Assembly: GCA_013239625.1 (NCBI GenBank)
Contig: MU053559.1
Location: 2,153,205-2,217,204, forward strand
Reading direction: 5' to 3'
Source of the DNA: Lama guanicoe
Taxonomy: Eukaryota
DNA: 64,000 bases
A program made the translations under genes and the position numbers. This document shows positions 62,371 through 64,000 of the stretch, one piece after another (positions within the stretch are counted from its first letter, which is position 1; every line of letters begins with the position of its first letter). The notes below the pieces were generated by a model, which did no database searches, was not told the DNA's origin, and saw nothing but the letters and a program-made list of their open reading frames with translations.

Positions 62371-64000
62371 AGCTAGGAACAGGAATATGAGATTAGATGA
62401 GGCTTGGGCCAGAGGGCTGCTTCCACTTGGGTCACCAGCAGGGAGAACAAAAGTTGACCCTGACTAATGGCGTCTGTGTGCATCTAAGAGGAGCCCCAAC
62501 CAAGATAGCCCCGTGGTTCTTAGCATCCTCTGTCGGCGCTCCCCTCAAGTCCTCTCTCCTTGTCCTTTTATCCAAAGTATATTTGAGACAGTCCCAGTTT
62601 CCTCTGGCGTTGATGAAGTACCATTGGTGCTGTGGGCTGTCTTCTGCTGTATATACCCTCGGGCCCTGGGGACCTCCTGGTTACGGAGCACCCTTGAGAA
62701 TTTGCCACGGATTTGTCTCTAGCATCTGATTTAAGAGGCATTTTTGGAAGAGGAGAATGTCACGAAGTGAAAACAGATCTAATTGATCGGGGCTGTGCAT
62801 CCGTGTTCTCCGTTACCACGTGAGAAAATTGAAGCTGTCCTCCTACTGAGAAATAGCAGTAGTTTACCCAGTCTTCGTGTTTGTGTGCTTTTCCAACTGT
62901 TACAAACTCTTCAGAGTGGACACATGAATCTAAATGTTTCTGATCTACTACCTATTGAAGAATCCTATAGAAGGAAGAGAGCACATTAGGAGGAAGCATC
63001 CTTACTCTATACAAGGAGGAACCTAGCTGCAATATACATGAAATGTACACTAGTAAATGTTCTTAGTAAAGCATGAGCGAGGCCAGTTTTCCAGAGATAA
63101 TATAGTAACCATGGGTAGGTTTGAGTTTGCCCAGAACTTGGTTTTAGTACACATCTGTATGTTTCGGGAGAGCTGGTTGAAGGAGTTTAAGAAAACAGAT
63201 AAAAATTTTACATCGTTCGAGCTTATTTCTACTAATCCTAGAGATACAGATGAACTGATAGGCGGCCAAAAAGCCTAAAAGAATAGGAGGCACTTAAAGG
63301 GCCTTAAGACCCCTAAAGACCCCTTATGACCTCTCTCACGTGTTTTTCCCCTGCTCTGCACCACTCCTAGATCGGCCATTGACACAGTTTAGAGGCATGA
63401 AAAATCCACAACTCAAGTAAGCCTCTGTCCACATAACAGATGTGCTACTATTTATGGGTGAAAATAGAACTTTCACTTGTGATAAAAATATCTTCTTGGA
63501 GCTTTTTCTTATGAGATGTTTTTCCTTTTGTTTTTTAGCGAACAAAAGATGTAGTTCTTATCTCACTTACTGTACCCTATTTATCGATCAGTTTCTTATT
63601 AAATCTCTGGATTGCATGTGCAGTTTATTTAACATGACAACATAAATTCAAGTGGCCACAGTGAAATGTTTTCAGAAGGCCACGACAATTTTGAGTTAGA
63701 AAATCAATATTTTTTCTCTATTAAAAATTTATCAAATCAAGGAATTTTAGCAGCTTGCAATAGGGTGCTGATTGAGATAGCATTTATAGGTTAACTCATG
63801 CTTTGTTTTTCTAAAAGAGCTAGTTTGATATTATAGACAATATTGTAAAACATTTTATGTATCATATTCCCAACATGTTGCATAATGTGTGTATTTACTG
63901 ATGTATAAATACATCTATACTATGTGGAGAGAGAAACATTGCTGCTCTGGTTCCCAGTAGGCTTCTAAATAGCCATGGGGCTGGACACATCATTCTTACT

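Overview
Mammalian genomic DNA, most likely camelid: it carries a tRNA-Ala(AGC)-derived SINE with the AAATAAACCTAATTACCTCCCC tail (Vic-1-like) and artiodactyl-type L1 3' ends. No intact protein-coding exon is supported. About 1-54 kb is repeat-rich, apparently intergenic sequence: many 5'-truncated L1s with readable target-site duplications (TSDs), SINEs, MIR/L2, ERVL/MaLR LTRs, hAT/Tigger DNA transposons, an MER41-like LTR and a full-length RPL12 processed pseudogene (45657-46294). A CpG-island promoter at ~54.3-55.9 kb appears to start a + strand gene with non-coding 5' exons (candidate donors after 54934 and 55811; candidate exon starting at 57021); the gene is not identified. I found no convincing novel biological system. 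The best leads are (i) an MER41-like LTR with overlapping GAS/NF-kB motifs ~14 kb upstream of the promoter, (ii) a twin-primed, also 3'-truncated L1 nested in a SINE, (iii) an ultra-short L1 insertion and (iv) the 5'-UTR exon architecture. Repeat subfamily names come from recognising consensus motifs by eye, not from a RepeatMasker run, and boundaries without TSDs are approximate.
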